A DNA stretch of 18,299 nt from Candidatus Thorarchaeota archaeon. Lineage in GTDB: Archaea; Asgardarchaeota; Thorarchaeia; Thorarchaeales; Thorarchaeaceae. Where the stretch lies: assembly GCA_048882325.1 (NCBI GenBank), contig JBHLRS010000054.1, forward strand, positions 1-18,299, written 5' to 3'. A program made the position numbers and the translations under genes. Of the stretch, positions 15,679-18,299 are shown piece by piece (position 1 is the first letter of the stretch; the number at the start of each line of letters is the position of its first letter). The notes under the pieces were generated by a model. That model saw only the letters and a list, made by a program, of their open reading frames with translations. It made no database searches and had not been told where the DNA came from.

Positions 15679-17972
15679 CTCTCAGCTCTGGGATATTCTG
15701 TCGTCAGTAGACGCCTTATTCGTCCAGCTATCTTTGGACCCACTCCCTTCACTTTCTGCAAGTCCTTTTGCCTTGCAGCAAAGACGTTCTCCAATGTGCC
15801 AAACTCTGATAGGATAGCTCTGGAAGTCACAGTGTCGACACCAGGAAATCCTGATAGAATGTACTCCAATGCCTCAGCGTCAGTCCCTCTTGTATCTCCG
15901 GACCTGGTTCGTAGTGGTTTGCTCGATCCTACTTGTTCAAGGTGTGCTATCCTATAGAGGACATTGGCTGTTTCCTCTGCATTCCTGGTCCAAAGTATTG
16001 GGACCTGAATTCTGATGGCTATTGATGCGAGTGCTCCATATATCGAGGCTGGATTCACTGCTCGCAGACCGATTATTTGTTCTCCCTCAATTATAAGAAC
16101 TGGACGTCTATAGGCAGAACGTAACGCAGATAGCTGGACAAAGAGACGTCCGTCAATCAGTGACTGGATGAAATCACCTGACTCCTTACGCTCAATTGCT
16201 ACATCCTCTGAGGCTACATAGTCACCAATCTCCAAACTTTCTCCAGATATCTCAACATCAAGCCTAGTGAGCTCACGTGCAACTGCTGTTGGAAGCTCCC
16301 TGGAGTCAACAATGAGTCGAATGCGATCATCTTTCTTTGGAGCTTTGCTCACCATAGGTTCTGAAACCTGCTCCTCATCACTCACATACTCCTCGAGGCT
16401 GGTTTGTTCCTCATCCTCTTCGAGCTCAGCCTCTTTCAGGGCTGAAGGCATCTTCTTCAATTTATTAATCACACTCCAATGGTAGAACTCGTCATGAGTT
16501 CCTTTCGCCACAAAGATAACGACACGACCGGGAGATTGGCGTCCTGTTCTACCTCGACGCTGAATGTATGGCACAACAGATGGGACACAGTCATAGAACA
16601 CCACCAGGTTGCACTCTGGTATGTCTAGACCCTCCTCACCTACTTGCGTAGCAACCAAGACATTGAACTCGTTGTTTCTAAATCCATCAAGGATCTCGAC
16701 CTGTTTCTTCTGACTAAAGCCCTTGTCTGAACCCCGAGAGCTCTGGCCTACGAAACGACTGACACGAGCATCATCCAGTTGCTCCAGCGTTTCACTAACC
16801 TCGGCTGCAGTATCTCGAAAACGCGTAAAGATCAGAATACGTGAGTCCAAATCAACTGAGAGTTGTTCACTCACAATCTCCAGTATCGCATCTGCCTTGG
16901 GATGTCGATGCCCCTTATCAATGAGCGCACCTAGCAGACCCTCGAACTGCTTGAACTCAGACCTTGAAACAAGATCCTTGACACCCTTCGAACTCTTCTT
17001 GTTCCGTATCTCCTCGTAGACTCCTTGGATATACCGGTAAGTCGGCATGAGTCCTTGAGTTCCTACAAACTCTAACAAGTGAATGACTCGCAAAAGCCCA
17101 GTGAGATTTCTGATTACTAGATATAGTCCACGGGGTGGTTTTGTGTATGTACCAATCTCCTTTCTGACCTCACTCTGGGTTCTCAGAATCTCTTTTCTAG
17201 TCATACGTCTAGCATCGGGAAGACTGAATCCCTGGTTGATTACAGGTGTCCGGTAGACATCAATTATCGAGTAAAGGAGGTCTCTCAGGACCTCAATCTC
17301 CGGAGGAATTGCAATGAACCGCATCTCGGAATCGATTGAAACGACATAGTCACGTACATCTTTGCTCTTCTCATCCCTGACTTCAACATGTGAAAGCCTG
17401 AGGTTCTCGCATACCACACGGATATGCTCAGCCTGATGACCAGGCGATGCCGTGAGTCCTAGCCCCCTATTGTTGGTTCCTTGTTTCTCATAGAGTTCAG
17501 CAATGAATGTATACGCGTAGTTACCCACGCCTCTATGAGCCTCATCAAAGACAACCAGCGACACATCTTCCAGGTCATAGCTTCTCTGGACCAAGTCATT
17601 TTGTAAAGCCTGAGGTGTCATCACTATAACTTGAGCCTCTCCCCAAATGGCCCTTCGTTGCTCAGGAGAATCATGGCCGGTCAGACATACAACTAGACTC
17701 TCCTCAAGGTCTAACACTCTTCTCAAAAAGCGCGTTTGCTGGTCGACCAATGGTCTTGAAGGAGCAAGGAAGAGAACCTTAGAATTTGGGAATTGATGCA
17801 ACCGTTTTGCTGCAACAAGAGCAGCAATCACAGTCTTACCGAGGCCTGTACTGAGCACAATCATTGTACTCTCTTTGGCAGCGATTTCTGAGAGGTTAAC
17901 CTGATACGCTCTATACTCCACACTGCCCTCGCGTATCATCAGTTCATCCACATAGGTTTCTTTCTTAGCCAC
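15675..17972 (-). CDS. hef: Hef helicase-nuclease (FANCM/XPF homolog)
   Basis: SF2 motifs TGLGKT, DEAH, TAS, EEGLDIP and QRRGRTGR; ERCC4 nuclease VDSRE, GDY, ERK; C-terminal (HhH)2 FPGVD / VKGVGPK. GTG start. Confidence 0.96.
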   Translation of the reverse strand: MAKKETYVDELMIREGSVEYRAYQVNLSEIAAKESTMIVLSTGLGKTVIAALVAAKRLHQFPNSKVLFLAPSRPLVDQQTRFLRRVLDLEESLVVCLTGHDSPEQRRAIWGEAQVIVMTPQALQNDLVQRSYDLEDVSLVVFDEAHRGVGNYAYTFIAELYEKQGTNNRGLGLTASPGHQAEHIRVVCENLRLSHVEVRDEKSKDVRDYVVSIDSEMRFIAIPPEIEVLRDLLYSIIDVYRTPVINQGFSLPDARRMTRKEILRTQSEVRKEIGTYTKPPRGLYLVIRNLTGLLRVIHLLEFVGTQGLMPTYRYIQGVYEEIRNKKSSKGVKDLVSRSEFKQFEGLLGALIDKGHRHPKADAILEIVSEQLSVDLDSRILIFTRFRDTAAEVSETLEQLDDARVSRFVGQSSRGSDKGFSQKKQVEILDGFRNNEFNVLVATQVGEEGLDIPECNLVVFYDCVPSVVPYIQRRGRTGRQSPGRVVIFVAKGTHDEFYHWSVINKLKKMPSALKEAELEEDEEQTSLEEYVSDEEQVSEPMVSKAPKKDDRIRLIVDSRELPTAVARELTRLDVEISGESLEIGDYVASEDVAIERKESGDFIQSLIDGRLFVQLSALRSAYRRPVLIIEGEQIIGLRAVNPASIYGALASIAIRIQVPILWTRNAEETANVLYRIAHLEQVGSSKPLRTRSGDTRGTDAEALEYILSGFPGVDTVTSRAILSEFGTLENVFAARQKDLQKVKGVGPKIAGRIRRLLTTEYPRAES

Positions 17973-18141
17973 CAGTAAAGCCTCGAAGAATTACTCGTTT
18001 CTATCTATCAGTGATGATACTCACTGTAAAAAGACTCCTACTTCCGGTTTACTGTTTGGATAACGTCCATGGATGTAGATCAGTCTAGTGTTTAGTGCGG
18101 TTAACAGAAATTCCCCTTTGTGCAAAAAAGATGAAACATTC

Positions 18142-18155
18142 CTTTAATATAAAAG
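18142..18155. promoter_or_regulatory. Putative TATA element in the divergent hef / next-gene region
   Basis: CTTTAATATAAAAG, near-palindromic, about 35-45 nt upstream of ATG 18188. Confidence 0.45.
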
Positions 18156-18187
18156 AAGAAGTGTGGAAGCTTTAGTGTGTGAATACA

Positions 18188-18299
18188 ATGGAAGAATCAA
18201 GCATTCCACAGATAGTGCTGATAGATGAAGAAGGAGAACATCGTGGTGTTCAAGGCAGCTATAGCTGGAATGGAATAAGTGTAGACTATGTAATGCCCT
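18188..18299 (+). CDS. Hypothetical protein, 3'-truncated by window edge
   Basis: Open frame MEESSIPQIVLIDEEGEHRGVQGSYSWNGISVDYVMP runs to the window end, downstream of a TATA-like element. Too short for the supplied ORF track. Confidence 0.6.
   Translation, partial: MEESSIPQIVLIDEEGEHRGVQGSYSWNGISVDYVMP

Noticed and set aside
112-17019. Many 60-136 aa ORFs antisense or out-of-frame within long genes (e.g. 112-402, 3974-4384, 13506-13844, 16723-17019)
   Set aside because: They are largely nested in confidently identified genes, are often Ser-rich, and show no motifs; they are shadow ORFs.

Overview
Gene-dense archaeal core-genome window with no tRNA/rRNA, CRISPR array, integrase or transposase visible. 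Gene content and style (A-type ATPase, L10e, SRP54, TrmY-like, full-length Hef, many TTG/GTG starts, dispersed operons) suggest an Asgard archaeon, possibly Thorarchaeia; this is inference only. Gene order: partial rpl10e (+); trmJ, DRG GTPase, shortened trmY-like, srp54 (all -); pyrI, atpF, atpA, udg, membrane protein, atpB, DUF6884/YaaA-like (all +); basic hypothetical, DUF2095-like, radical SAM, glmU (all -); two winged-HTH regulators (+); hef (-); a partial ORF at the right edge (+). The most notable points are: (1) the A/V-ATPase operon is broken, with a udg plus a two-repeat VirB2/pilin-like membrane gene between atpA and atpB; (2) that family-4 UDG has Ser in place of one Fe-S Cys and the uracil-binding Asn; (3) the TrmY-like protein appears to lack its SAM-binding knot; (4) two adjacent wHTH regulators share a PxTVRY helix and are flanked by palindromes and hairpins; (5) the DUF2095 leader can form alternative hairpins over its Shine-Dalgarno site. 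All family assignments come from motif recognition by eye, not database searches.
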